Positions 50,195 to 62,170 of a stretch of 64,000 nt of DNA are shown piece after piece. The notes below the pieces were generated by a model. The model was not told the origin of the DNA and ran no database searches. It worked only from the letters and a program-made list of their open reading frames with translations. Source of the stretch: Negaprion brevirostris (lineage: Eukaryota). The DNA is taken from assembly GCA_030324005.1 (NCBI GenBank), contig JARDVH010000084.1:55910336-55974335 (forward strand). Reading direction: 5' to 3'. Position 1 is the stretch's first letter, and every line of letters begins with the position of its first letter. A program made the position numbers and the translations under genes.

Positions 50195-51725
50195 ACAGTC
50201 TTCATCCAGAAGTGCCAAGTGGGTGATCATCTCAGACTCCTCCTGTGTTCCCAGCATCACAGATGTCAGCCTTCAGCCAAAATTTATTCACTGCACGTGA
50301 TATCAAGAACTGGCTGAAGACACGGGATCAGCAATGATTGTAGACCCCACAACAGCCCCCCTGTAGTGCTGAATACTTATGCTCCAAGATTAGCTCCGTC
50401 CTTAGCCAAGCTCTTCCAGTACAAATAGAACACTGGTATTTACTCAACAAAGTGGAAAATTAGCCTCAATATGGCATATCCACAAAAAGTCAGGATCAAG
50501 ACAATCTGAGCAATAACCGCACATTTTCTTCTCTTAATCATCAGCAAGGTGATGGGAGATATTATTGACAGTACTGTCAAGCTCAGTTTGCAGTCCGCCA
50601 AGACACTCAGCTCCGGATGTCACGGACAAAAAACTTGAATTCTAGAGGTTGGTTAGAATCACATTGGCATTAAGGCAGATTTTGACCAAGTGTGGTGTCA
50701 AGTTCTGGCTAAATTGAAGTCAATGGGAATCAGATGGAAAACTTTCCAATGGTTAGAGTCATATCTAACACAAAGGATGATGGTTGTGGAAAATGGAGGC
50801 CAACCATCTCAGCCTTTGCACAATGACTGTGTTCCTCAGGATAGTGTCCTAGGCTCAACCATNNNNNNNNNNNNNNNNNNNNNNNNNNNNNNNNNNNNNN
50901 NNNNNNNNNNNNNNNNNNNNNNNNNNNNNNNNNNNNNNNNNNNNNNNNNNNNNNNNNNNNNNNNNNNNNNNNNNNNNNNNNNNNNNNNNNNNNNNNNNNN
51001 NNNNNNNNNNNNNNNNNNNNNNNNNNNNNNNNNNNNNNNNNNNNNNNNNNNNNNNNNNNNNNNNNNNNNNNNNNNNNNNNNNNNNNNNNNNNNNNNNNNN
51101 NNNNNNNNNNNNNNNNNNNNNNNNNNNNNNNNNNNNNNNNNNNNNNNNNNNNNNNNNNNNNNNNNNNNNNNNNNNNNNNNNNNNNNNNNNNNNNNNNNNN
51201 NNNNNNNNNNNNNNNNNNNNNNNNNNNNNNNNNNNAGCCCTTGCCATGTCCCAACCTCCCTTAGGTTTGTATGTGTCCCAAGAATGAATGAAGATCAAAC
51301 AACAAGAAGCTCAACACCATTTAGGATAAACCAGCTCCTTTGATTGGTGCCCATAAACCACACTCTTTCCTTCTACCTGCAGCATACCATGGCAGTGGTG
51401 TATACCGGCTATAAGGTGCACTGCAGCAATTAGTCAGGGCTTCTTCAACAGCACCTTCCAAATCGGTTACCTTTACCTCCTAGAATATTGAGGGTAGAAC
51501 ATGTAGGGGAACACCACTCCTCCAAGTTACACATGATCCAGAGTCAGAAATATATCACTGTTATTTCATAACCCTATCAAAATCCTAGAACTCCCTTCTA
51601 ACAGCATTCTAGGAGTACCTACACCAATGGTCAAAGGTAGTCCAAGAAGGCAGTTTCCTACTGCCTTCTCAAGGGAAATTCAGGATGGACAAAAAATGCT
51701 AGCCTTAACAACATGTTTACATCCA
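50195..51725 (+). mobile_element. Old LINE (CR1/L2 group) RT and 3' remnant with N gap
   Basis: LAKLFQYK..TGIY, DFDQVWCQ, VPQDSVLGST; tail as at 33900-34080. Confidence 0.7.
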
Positions 51726-51726
51726 A

Positions 51727-52662
51727 CAAAGGGAGCAAGCTATCCTAGATCTGGTCCTAAGTAATGAGATGGGAATAATTAATGATTTTGTAGGTAGGGA
51801 TCCTCTTGGAAGAACCAATCACAGTATGGTTGAATTTAAAATACAGATGGAGCGTGAGAAGGTGAAATCCAATACCAGTATCTTGTGCTTAAACAAAGGA
51901 GACTATAAAGAGATGAGGGAGGAGTTGGCTAAGGTCGACTGGGAGCAAAAACTTTATGGTGGGACAATTGAGAACAGTGGAGGACTTTCAAAGCGACCTT
52001 TCACAGTGCTCAGCAAAAGTATATACCAGTGATAAGGAAGGATTGTAGATAAAAAGGTAATCAGCCATGGATATCTAAGATAATAAAGGAGGGTATCAAA
52101 TTGAAAGAAAATGCAGACAAAGTGGCAAAGATTAGTCGGAACCTAGAGGTGGTGAATGGGTGGTGAATCTCTGGAATTCTCTGCCCGTTGAAGTGGTGAA
52201 GGCTACCTCGCTGAATATATTTAAGTCACGGGTAGATAGGTTTCTGATAGACAAGGGAATTAAGGGTTATGGGGAGNNNNNNNNNNNNNNNNNNNNNNNN
52301 NNNNNNNNNNNNNNNNNNNNNNNNNNNNNATTATGAAGGGAATAGATAAGATGGAAGCAGGGAAGTTGTTTCCACTGGCGGGTGAAACTAGAACTAGGGG
52401 GCATGGGCTCAATATAAGAGGGAGCAGATTTAGGATTGAGTTGAGGTTCACACAAAGGGTTGTGAATCTGTGGAATTCCCTGCCCAGTGAAGCAGTTGAG
52501 GCTACCTCATTGAATACTTTTAAGGTGAGGATAAATTTTTGAACAGTCAAGGAATTAAGGGTTATGGTGAGTAGGCGGGTAAGTGGAGCTGAGTCCACAA
52601 AAAGATCAGCCACGATCTTATTGAATGGCACAGCAGGCTCGAGGGGCCAGATGTTCTTATGT
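51727..52662 (+). mobile_element. CR1 LINE fragments (endonuclease end and two 3' ends)
   Basis: AILDLVLSNEMGIINDFVGRDPLGRTNHSMVEF, then TRTRGHGLNIRGSRF..FTQRVVNLWNSLP and CR1 3' UTR. Confidence 0.9.
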
Positions 52663-53218
52663 AAACAGTTTATTTTAAATTCTCATTCTCCTTCAACTGG
52701 ACACTCATTATTTCCCCACTACCCTGAGGAATAATCTCAACCAAACAACCAAATTGCCACCCCGATCACAATCCAGTAGTTCCTGCTGGAAAAGGCGTAT
52801 GCGTGGATTCTGGATGAGGGAAGGATCAGTCTCAGCTCCAATCCTTCCCATGGTTAGATAGTTTGCTGATATTTTGTCAATTAAGGATTGTGAAGAATAG
52901 TCATTGAAGTGAGTTACCAGAAGGGTAGCTGCAAGTCTGAACCAACACTAAGCAGGAGTCAAAAACTTTTGTGGAAGACAAGGTAAAATCATGGGTGGAT
53001 TCTAGCTTCATCTGATTGCCACCCATAAACTCACATGTAATAGGCAACAGATTTCAAACAGTTGATCTCAGTCAAAGAGCAAAACTATTCTCACACTTAG
53101 TGGACACCTTACACTTTTCACACAGAAGAGAACAAATGTAACCAAACAATACATTTTTTAAATAAATTACCAAAATTCTTTGATCTTTAACATTTGATTT
53201 CAACATTAACATATTTAC

Positions 53219-53476
53219 CTTTAGCTAATGTATGGTCCCTGGCATTCTCTAACATATGTGGCACTTCTGAGACATTTGGAACAATCTTCAAATTTTGACC
53301 GAAGATCTACAAAGTTGTAATCCTTGCTGGTTTTTTCCTATTTAACAATGGCAGCTTAAAAACCTCATTGGCTCTGAATTTTTTTCAGCACACAGCAATT
53401 TCTAAAACCTACTGTCTGTTCTCTCGTGAAGTCGTCTTTTATTTATTTGCTCGCAACTTTGTGCCAATCATGGAAC
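53219..53476 (-). pseudogene. Candidate exon 2 (258 bp; 5' UTR or disabled first coding exon)
   Basis: Acceptor ccccttgatttcAG|GTT, donor AAG|GTAAAT; ATG at 53471 closes after 10 codons (MIGTKLRANK*). Confidence 0.5.
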
Positions 53477-54661
53477 CTGAAATCAAGGGGCAAAGAGTAT
53501 GTTCATGATGCTGGGCATTAAATGGCACACTTTTAAAACTGAACTTGAAAATCTAAGTATTTTTATAATGGATAAGAAGTATGTTTTAAGAAAACTGTCA
53601 TCAATCTAAACCTATGTGTATTGTTAAAACATATTGTGATGTCTTTAGAGAGCGACATGCAGCTTTGAACAATATTTTTTGGATTAAGAAGCATTAAGTT
53701 TCTATCCAGCTTTCAAACTTCTTTTACAGTGCAATGCCTCATACCCTGTGGTTACAGATCGGCCCTAATTATTTTACTCATCCATTTCAGTCTGTACATG
53801 CCATATGTGTATTACTTTCAGTGGTGACTAATGGAGGTTTAATACACAATATTACCATGGCATTATATTGTAATGACTTCATCAAAGCAAAGGGAAAATT
53901 TCTTGTGTTATTCCAAAATGAATTTATTTTAGATTCAATTTACTCCTCCAGAGCTACTAGCTCTGGAACCCCCTCTGACACCTCAATCAAGGTACAAACG
54001 ATTTTATCCGAGATTACGATCTCAGACATCCATTTGCTGCTGAGTTTACAATAAGTATCATATTTACTTATCCAATTTTGGTACAAATCAGCCCTACCTT
54101 GATGCCAACCTGGAATACAATAGAAACACAGCCCACATTAATATCATGAAATAAGCCCTTCCATGAAGGGATAGGTTGGAGTTAACATATAACATTTTAT
54201 AATTTAAATTGTCGAAACATTTGTGCACAAGCTTCTTTTTGGTCACTCCTATATCTGGCATGCATGCAAGCCCATAACCAAATCCATAAACCTCTAAGCC
54301 AAGCTATTAACAAATCCACAGAGGTAGAATATTTTGCCCAACGAGTATTAAGCACACAAGTTTAAGATAAATATTTGCACCTGAGTAGCTCAGATTTATA
54401 AGACACATGTCCCACATGAAACACAGACAATATTTCTCTCAATAGAATACTTTGTACAATTTCTTAGCATTGCTAACACATAACTAGCCCAATACAATCT
54501 GCTACTTCTGAGTGAATTAACAAATGTTGATGCAAAGCAGCAACGGGTATACAAAAACATACTCTGCATATGAGATTTCATATAGCTCTGTGTGACTTGA
54601 CATGGGTATTTCTTTGATACTTAAAAAAGATCAGTTGATATAAATGTATAAGAAGAGGTAC

Positions 54662-54960
54662 CTGATTGAGAACATCGCCTGAAATAAGATGCGGAGTGCA
54701 GTGCAGACTCCCACAGTGTTCCGAGCTGCTCCTGGCTCGCGGCCCCGGGAAGAGCGACGGGGAGAGGGCGGGGACAGCCAGGCTGATTGACAGTGAGAGC
54801 AGCCAATCGGAACTGAGTCTGAGCGAGTTCCGCCAGTCACAGCAGAGCGTGGGCGGGGACCCGTGAGGGGGCGGTACCCGCGCGGAGCAGTGAACCAGGG
54901 ACAGGCTCATCCTCAACAGCTCAGTGCAACACCGACACACACTGTAGGGGATGGCGGGGT
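54662..54960 (-). promoter_or_regulatory. CpG-rich promoter-like island with candidate non-coding first exon
   Basis: Retained CpGs in non-repeat DNA; GC boxes at 54766-54773, 54851-54858 and 54867-54874; CCAAT at 54803-54807; donor CAG|GTACCT at 54662/54661. Confidence 0.7.
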
Positions 54961-55289
54961 AGGGCTTGGAGCGGCCACTGTGCAATATAAAATAACTGCA
55001 TTTTGAATGTACCCTACCACTATTCATGAATTTCACTCATTCATCAGCATTCAATTTGGTCTCTGGGCTCAATCAACTCTTCAAAAGCTGACACAAATGT
55101 CACTTGATTATTGGAATTAGCGAGCATTTTCTGTGCGGCCAATTCCCAGAGTCCGTCAGCACGTTGAGAATTTGCACGCAGATAATAATATCGCGCCGTT
55201 ATCTCGGTGCTTTAAACTCTCTGATTATTATTGTCAATTTTCTTAATCCAACATTTCAACCATCTCTTCAAGGTGATTGATTACTTTTA

Positions 55290-55558
55290 CGACGCGGTGG
55301 ACAGTGGTTAGCACTGCTGCCTTGTAGCGCCGGGGACCCAAGTTTGATTCCAGGCTTGGGTCACTGTGCGGAGTCTGCACATTCTCTCCGTATCTGCATG
55401 GGTTCCCTCTGGGCGCTCCAGTTTCCTGCCACAGTCCAAAAGCTGTGCTTGGTAGGTACATTGACCCGAACAGACGGTGGGCGACTGTGGCGACTGGGGG
55501 AATTTTATAGTAACTTCACTGTCGTGTTAAGCCTTACTTGTGACTAATAAATAAACTT
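55290..55558 (+). mobile_element. V-SINE-like SINE with alternative tail
   Basis: gtggttagcactgctgccttgtagcgccgggg head, V-domain, tail gtaacttcactg...gtgactaataaataaact. Confidence 0.82.
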
Positions 55559-56229
55559 AGCTTAATCAACCTCTTAGGATGGATGGGGAAATGCAGAGGC
55601 AACACAGTTAGAAAATAACGAGACAGTTGATATTTCAAGTTTAAAACTTGGCCCTATAATAGTTTTGTTGAAAACTTTCCTCATCACATTTCTATATCAA
55701 GCCTCTCCTCACATCAGTTCTGTTTTGATACTTTTCCTCAAAACAATTCTGTATAAAATCTTTCCTCGGAAGTTCTGGGACAAAATTCTATACAGGAAAA
55801 TTAAGTGTCTTGTGGTTTCTCAACTGATTAGTGCCTGACTTGCTGCGCGCTCCCAGTAGTTTATATCTTTGCTTTTGATTTCCAACACCTACAACGTTTT
55901 GGGGTTTTTTTTATAATGCTCAGAAACTCTAAGAGGGCAAAGGGGCAAAGCAACTTTCAGGAGATTGGTGAAAGACAATGTTTAGTGTGACACAGAATCA
56001 TTCAGACTAGGGAGCTGAAAGATTTACATCCTGCTTTGTGTTATCCAATTTCAGCCTGGTCCACAGCAAGGGTAACAATAATTAGTCTTCGCAGCTTGTA
56101 ACTAAGGGAAGAGGGATCAGCTAGGACTCCCAGCAATTCCTGATGGAGTGTGAGCGTTTGTGGCTACCTAGAATGTGAGAGGATTTCTTAAAAGATAGCA
56201 CAAATGACCATCATGCACTGCTTTTTAGG

Positions 56230-56670
56230 ATCAGTCAGACAAATGGTCAGGGAATTAGCAGGGTAAATATGTGAGTTACGGAAATAGAGCTTGGGTAAGA
56301 TGCTATGTTGGAGAGTCGGTGCAAACTTGATGGGCCAAATGATATCTTTCTGCATTGTAGGGATTCTATGATTCTTGGGTGGCACAGTGGCACACTGGTT
56401 AGCACTGCTCCCTCACAGCGCCAGGAACCGGGTTCGATTCCCAGCTTCAGTCACTGTCTGTGTGGAGTTTGCATGTTCTCCAGGTGCTCCAGTTTCTTCC
56501 CACAGTCCAAAGATGTCCAGGTTAGGTGATTGGCCATGCTAAATTGCCAATTAGTGTCAGGAGGCCAGCAGGGTAAATATGGGGTAGGGGCTGGGTTGGA
56601 TTGTCATCAGTGCAGACTTGATGGACCAAATGGCCTCCTTCTACACCATAGTGATTCTATGATTCCATGA
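56230..56670 (+). mobile_element. Two adjacent HE1-like SINEs (3' fragment plus full copy from 56378)
   Basis: ggtggcacagtggcacactggttagcactgctccctcacagcgccagg..ggttcgattcc head; both end in gattctatgatt. Confidence 0.85.
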
Positions 56671-58559
56671 CTAGGTTGAAAGTACCACTAGAATCCATGA
56701 CAACCACAGACCTGTGAAAATTGCACCAAAAATGGAAAACTGTGATTGATGCAGGTTCTGATGATGCATTGATACCTAAAATGTTAACCAGTCTTTTGTT
56801 GAAGATCCTACTTTTCATTTTTATAATCATTCTTCATGTACGCCCTTTAATAATGAGTGCCAGTAAATTTCAGTCAATGGATAGAAAATCATGCCCAATT
56901 TTCCTAAAGTCCTTTGCATCCTCCCTAATTTAAAATGAAAACACACTGGAGGACCATGCATCTATAGTCAATGCTACATCTCCTAATGTCAGTAAACTAA
57001 ATAGGGATAAATACTTGCTTGGAGTTTTTTCTTTGTATTTTACATTCCTGTTTCCCATTGTTACATTCACTCCTACAACCAAAATCAAGAGGTCCTACAG
57101 ATCATGAGCCTCCACGTCTATCTATAATCTCACTCGAAGGTCAGGTAATTCTATGTCCTCATAAGTAGATTGGACCTGCCAGATTTTTAGGACACCCCCT
57201 TCCCTCCCAAGATGAAGCCACTCCACCAAACAACCCAGTCAACTGCGAAAATGTCAACAAAGGAAGTAAATTTGAATGTCAGTCAAGACTTAGCAGATCA
57301 AAAGTATTACCTTCTGGGTTAGGAATCCAATGTCTAATGCTCGTCCACCAATCTTTAAAATATTTTACGACCAGTTAACCACCTCACATCCATACCATAT
57401 CCCTTATTTGAACTCTGAAGCTCTCTGACATCACTCAGGTTTGCTCCAATGCCCCTGCTTTACGTTATGGGATATGCACTTGTTATCATTTCTTCAGGAT
57501 GGGATGCCTCTGCTGGGAAGTTTTCCAGTTTTTCCCAAATTGTTCAAACCAGCCCTCTAGTGGAGTTTCAAGAAATTAAATTTCCTCTGTGCTACATTTA
57601 TTAAACTGATTGATGCATTTACAGTGCATTATATTGCTGTCATCTCTATGTTTAAGAGATTATTAACCCATTTATTTATAGATTAATGACTGAATTAAAA
57701 TTGGGAAGATAGGAGGCTACGGCAGCAAATTAACTGATGTGCTAAAAATAACCTGGTGAAAAATGCAATTGAACCACAAATGTTCATCAAATTTGAACGG
57801 GTAATTCTAGGGCAACAGACTTCCACCACCTCCTCCATTCCCCTCACCTCTATCCCTTCACCCCCCTCTCCTCCCCTCCCTCACACTACCCCCCATCAGC
57901 CACCCCTACTGATGGTGGGAAAGTTGTTCCAGAATCATGGTTAAATAATTTGTTCCCCTTCAATATGCAATTCCTGTTTAAGAACATAGGAATATAGAAT
58001 GACCATTCACCTCATTTCTGCCATCCTGGAATTTAAAATTGATGCAGTTATTCTAAAAATTAATTTTCAGCTCCAAACTATCCCTCAATAATCAATCAAT
58101 TTAGTTCCATTCAGAATGCTTCAAAGGTGTGAGTATTTACTCTACTAAAAAATTGTCTGTTTTCATCTTGGTTGAGAGTGCTCCATCAGTCTTCCTCTAA
58201 ACAGACTGCGCAATGGTGCTCACTATTATTAGCACACACAGACATCCCATTACAGTTTATCCAGAAATTGTAATGTTGCATTATTGCATCACCACTGATG
58301 CAGTTCATGTGCACCATGATGTCAGTATTACAGCCTCCAGTGCACCCATGTTTACAGTCATCAGAAAGTCACCAGTGGCCTTACAAATTCTGGCAAATTT
58401 ATTTTTATGTTGAAATACTCCATCCAGTACCTGTGTTATTGAAGTCCTCAAGGACTGCTCGAGAGCCATTTCTCAGACCCTAGCAACTGCTCAATGTCTA
58501 TATCACTGGACCCAGCAATTAGGTGAAACCTGTCCAATGGGAGCCAATGGTTGTAAAAC

Positions 58560-59155
58560 GAAACTCTGGATTTTGTGGTGGTAATGATGGTGGTAATGTC
58601 AACCTTCGCCATAATACTACTCCGAAACTGAAAGCAACTTCTGTTGTTCACAGATGATCAATTACATGCAACAAGCCAGGACTTGCTATCAATAGTTGTC
58701 ACCTCCCTAACAGGGTCTAATGGGGAAATACCCCCATCTGCAATCAAATAGAAATCACTGAACTGATGAAAATTATCCCATTTACACTATTAGTCTCACT
58801 CTAAAAATCGCTGAAAATGTTACACTGTGTTAAATAAGATGCAAATGGGGGTTATTAATGGTTTACTAAGTTCATAATCACTGCTGCCTAGCCTTAATGA
58901 AAGTTAATTATATATTTGTTAAATGTCAAATTTCTCCATTCTGCTAAAAGGAATCTCGTATTTTTAAAATAATAGGTTTTTTTTAAATTGTTTATGGAAT
59001 TTCAGCATTAATCCAATATGTATGCCCCAGTCATTTACTTTGCTCACTGTAAAATTTGAATTAAAAGTGAAGAAAATTCACTGATTTGTGTGGGTGGCAT
59101 CCCTTGAGTTCAGCAATGAGTACCACTACTTTGCCACTAGCCGAAATCCGGGCCG
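58560..59155. mobile_element. Possible old non-autonomous DNA element
   Basis: Weak TIR-like ends ctctggattttg ... gaaatccgggcc. Confidence 0.35.
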
Positions 59156-59379
59156 TCATAAAGGCAGCCCGATTGTTATTGTTCATTGTTTATCAGTGAG
59201 GAAGCTTTATTTCTGTCACTAGTCTATCATGGTGTCCTGATTTATATTTGATTGTGATAGAAATAACATACTTAATATGAATTATCTGCAATAATATTGC
59301 CAGTAGAATCACCAACCAGTGGAAACTTTCAGACAACTTGGTTTGTTCAACCCTTTCTCAGAAATATGGGAGTCGATTA

Positions 59380-59520
59380 GTGCAGTCAGCTGGGCAGCTG
59401 GTTAGTGATGCAGAGTAACGTGAACAGCGTGGGTTCTGTATTGGCTGAGGTTAGTCATGGAAGATTAACCTTGCCCTTCTCCTGAGGTGTGGTGATCCTC
59501 AGATTAAAATCAGCACCAGG
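59380..59520 (+). mobile_element. tRNA-derived SINE fragment
   Basis: Shares the cctgaggtgtggtgatcctcag core with 20803-20993. Confidence 0.55.
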
Positions 59521-59862
59521 ATTACAACAGAAGCTTTACCTCAAAAAGGTGCTTCATTAGTGCTTTGGGATGTCCTGAGATCATAAACAGGGTTATTTAA
59601 AACCAATTCTTTCTTTCATAAATCCTGTTGAAGTCAAGGAAACAACTTCCAGCTTACACTTGTTACATCCTGAACAGGTTCCTGAGAAGCTTCTGAATCC
59701 ATCGTAGATGGTAACTTTGTTTGAAAAAAATAGAGAGTGCAGAGTGAAAATGAGTCAGATTGTTGTCACACTTCAGAATTTGTAGACAAGTTTGGAGCAT
59801 TGCTGCCTGTAAATACTGTTCGGCCTCTGGGGTTTTTTAACTTTAACTTTGAACACAAACAA

Positions 59863-59991
59863 AGGGGGAAATTCTCTTCCCTCCCTCTCACCACGGGAAT
59901 TGTAGCGGGCAGGGAGGGGACGGAGCATGAAAAGGTCCATTGACCTCAGGCGGTTCCAGTTCTGGGTGAGCAAGGTCAGAAAATCCCACCC
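59863..59991. mobile_element. Tourist/Harbinger-like MITE
   Basis: gggggaaattctc ... gaaaatcccaccc; same family as 11906-12026. Confidence 0.75.
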
Positions 59992-60241
59992 ATATTGTAT
60001 TTTTTCCTTATCCTTTTAATGATATAAAATGAAAATAACACAGGGGCCCACATAATTATTACAAGAAGGAACAGAGGTTTGCAAATGGCCTTGTGGGCCT
60101 GTCTTGCATAACACTCACTTTCCTGTGATTTAGGATGTAGTAAGAAACACATGACTGAAGTGAACTTATTCCTGTGTCCTATAAGGATTTTATTTTAAAA
60201 TATTATTTCTATTCATAAGTCGATGGAAGGTCAAAGACTAA

Positions 60242-62170
60242 GGGCAGGACTTTCCCCTTGTGGCATTTAGTGTGGGTGCAGGCATGAGAAATTCTACCTG
60301 CCAGCAGCAACGACAGACTTTCACACCATGTCATTCACTCCCCAATTTATTAATTATGCATACACAGGAAATATTGTGACTGGCTGGTGGGCAGCCTCTG
60401 ATTCACCTGCCCCTCCATGTGTTCACCTCACTCCAGGTACTTACCCTGATGGAACAGAGAAGGTTAGTCATCTTTTTAGCTGCATCTGTGGACAGTCTTC
60501 TCAATGTTCGCAGCCCAGCCCAGGACTGCTCCACTGAAGGAATGCCTTCCAAAGCAAGAAGATAGCAGCCACCAAATTTAGTGCTGACTGCTGGACACAG
60601 TTGATAGTGACAGGTGACCAGTCCGGCTTGGCAGTCAGTGGCAATGGCAGTCAGTGCCAATGTGACACAGAAGAAGTCAGGCATCCAGTGCAGGAAGAAG
60701 ATGAATAACCTTCTCTATTACATTAAGATAAGTCAATTATTATTTTCAACTCAAAATACTCGCAAGTCCATCACACATTTCCTGGCATCTCACACGCTGC
60801 CAGCTGGAGGGACATCACCACTCACTCTCTCATACATACACTTCACATCTCCATCTGGTGTCATATCCTTTGCAGTCCCGTCCATGGCTTCCCTTATTAC
60901 CCACACACGTCAGGCATCCTTGTCATTTTCCCTGGCATACATCTTGTTCATGCTCTCTCCAACTGTTTTTAAGATCATGCAAAATCACAGAGAGAGGTTC
61001 CAGACTGGGGTGGGCTGTCAGAACTCAAGATCCTTTCTCAGTTTGAAAAGTGAGCCATAGAGCTGGCCGGGGAAGATAAGGACCATGCCAGAAAGGTGAG
61101 GTCAGCGGCAAAAAACCCACATGAGGATCCTGCACCAGCTCATCCTTCAGACAAGCATACTCTTGAGTTCACTGTCCTGTTTTAGAGTCACCAGCCATGC
61201 ACTAATTACCCCCATTTTCTTTCATAGGAAACTCAGGCAAGCATGATAGTCCAAACAAGCCACATCCTTAGTTTGAAGCCGTTGACACATTGGATGTGGA
61301 TCCTGAGGGAACCACAGCAGAAGATCCGTCACAATGCTCACCACACCTACGCCAGCTTGGTGGGACCTAGTTCTAGAGAAGACTCAGAGTCACAATCTAG
61401 CGAGGACAGCACACAATCTGGCCCACAGGAGGCAGTGCCTCGCACATCTGAGGCTGCCAGGATCAGAGGGCTGTTGGACGCCAGAATTCTGCTCAATCCA
61501 AGTCAGACGATGATCTCCTGAATTAGCTCCTCAGACAGTTGATGGAGCTGCAGAAACAATCATAGGAGCATCAGGAAGGAATGTCAGCTGCACTCAGATT
61601 ACAATAGTCAGTGGAGGAATCCATTTGTGTTCAGTCTGAGGTGATAGCACCAGCATATCAATGTACCAAGGTCTAAACTGGCAGGATGGCAGCTGCCATG
61701 GAGACTTTGGTCCAGGGCATTAGTCCTGCACTGGTACAGGAGCTGAACTCCATTGCCGTCATCGTTGGTGGCATCCATCAGAGGCTATGGGGGTTGGAGG
61801 TGAAACCTTCATCTCACTCCGGCTCCACCTTGTCCTCAAGGAGTCAGTCAAGGTCCCCCGGACACCCATACAAATGTGGATCAGCAGATGGACACCCCAA
61901 GGCCATGAACCAGGTGACTCCAGGAGTGTCCAGCTGTTCTCAATGCCCATTTCGAGTGACCTCATTATCTCCAGCTTCACAGGCCAAGGAGGGTGCACCT
62001 GCCACACTTCAGGACAACCAAAGCAGGCCTGGACCCTCAATGTCTCAGCCCTCCAGAAGATGCACGCCAAAGTGATCACATACAACAGGGCATAGCAGCC
62101 ACCAATCGTTCTCCACCTCCGCTCTGGATATTGGGCTGCACCGAGATGTAGTGGTAGGGTTAGGAAAGTT
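60242..62170 (+). mobile_element. Large Harbinger-like element relic with intron-containing Myb/SANT gene (may extend beyond 64000)
   Basis: Left end gggcaggactttccc resembles the MITE TIRs; PAWQSVAMAVSANVTQKKSGIQCRKKMNNLL (Myb/SANT-like), degenerate donor AG|ATAAGT, next exon KIMQNHRERFQTG, third block after cttcatAG; disabled. Confidence 0.7.

Larger units (their letters stand above)
55..54800 (-). pseudogene. Putative large decayed multi-exon gene (unidentified), continuing past the left window edge
   Basis: Non-repeat islands bracketed by minus-strand AG acceptors and GT donors, with protein-like but stop/frameshift-broken translations, TE insertions inside the exon-like blocks, and a GC-box/CCAAT island at the 5' end. 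Inference only; no homology recognised. Confidence 0.55.
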
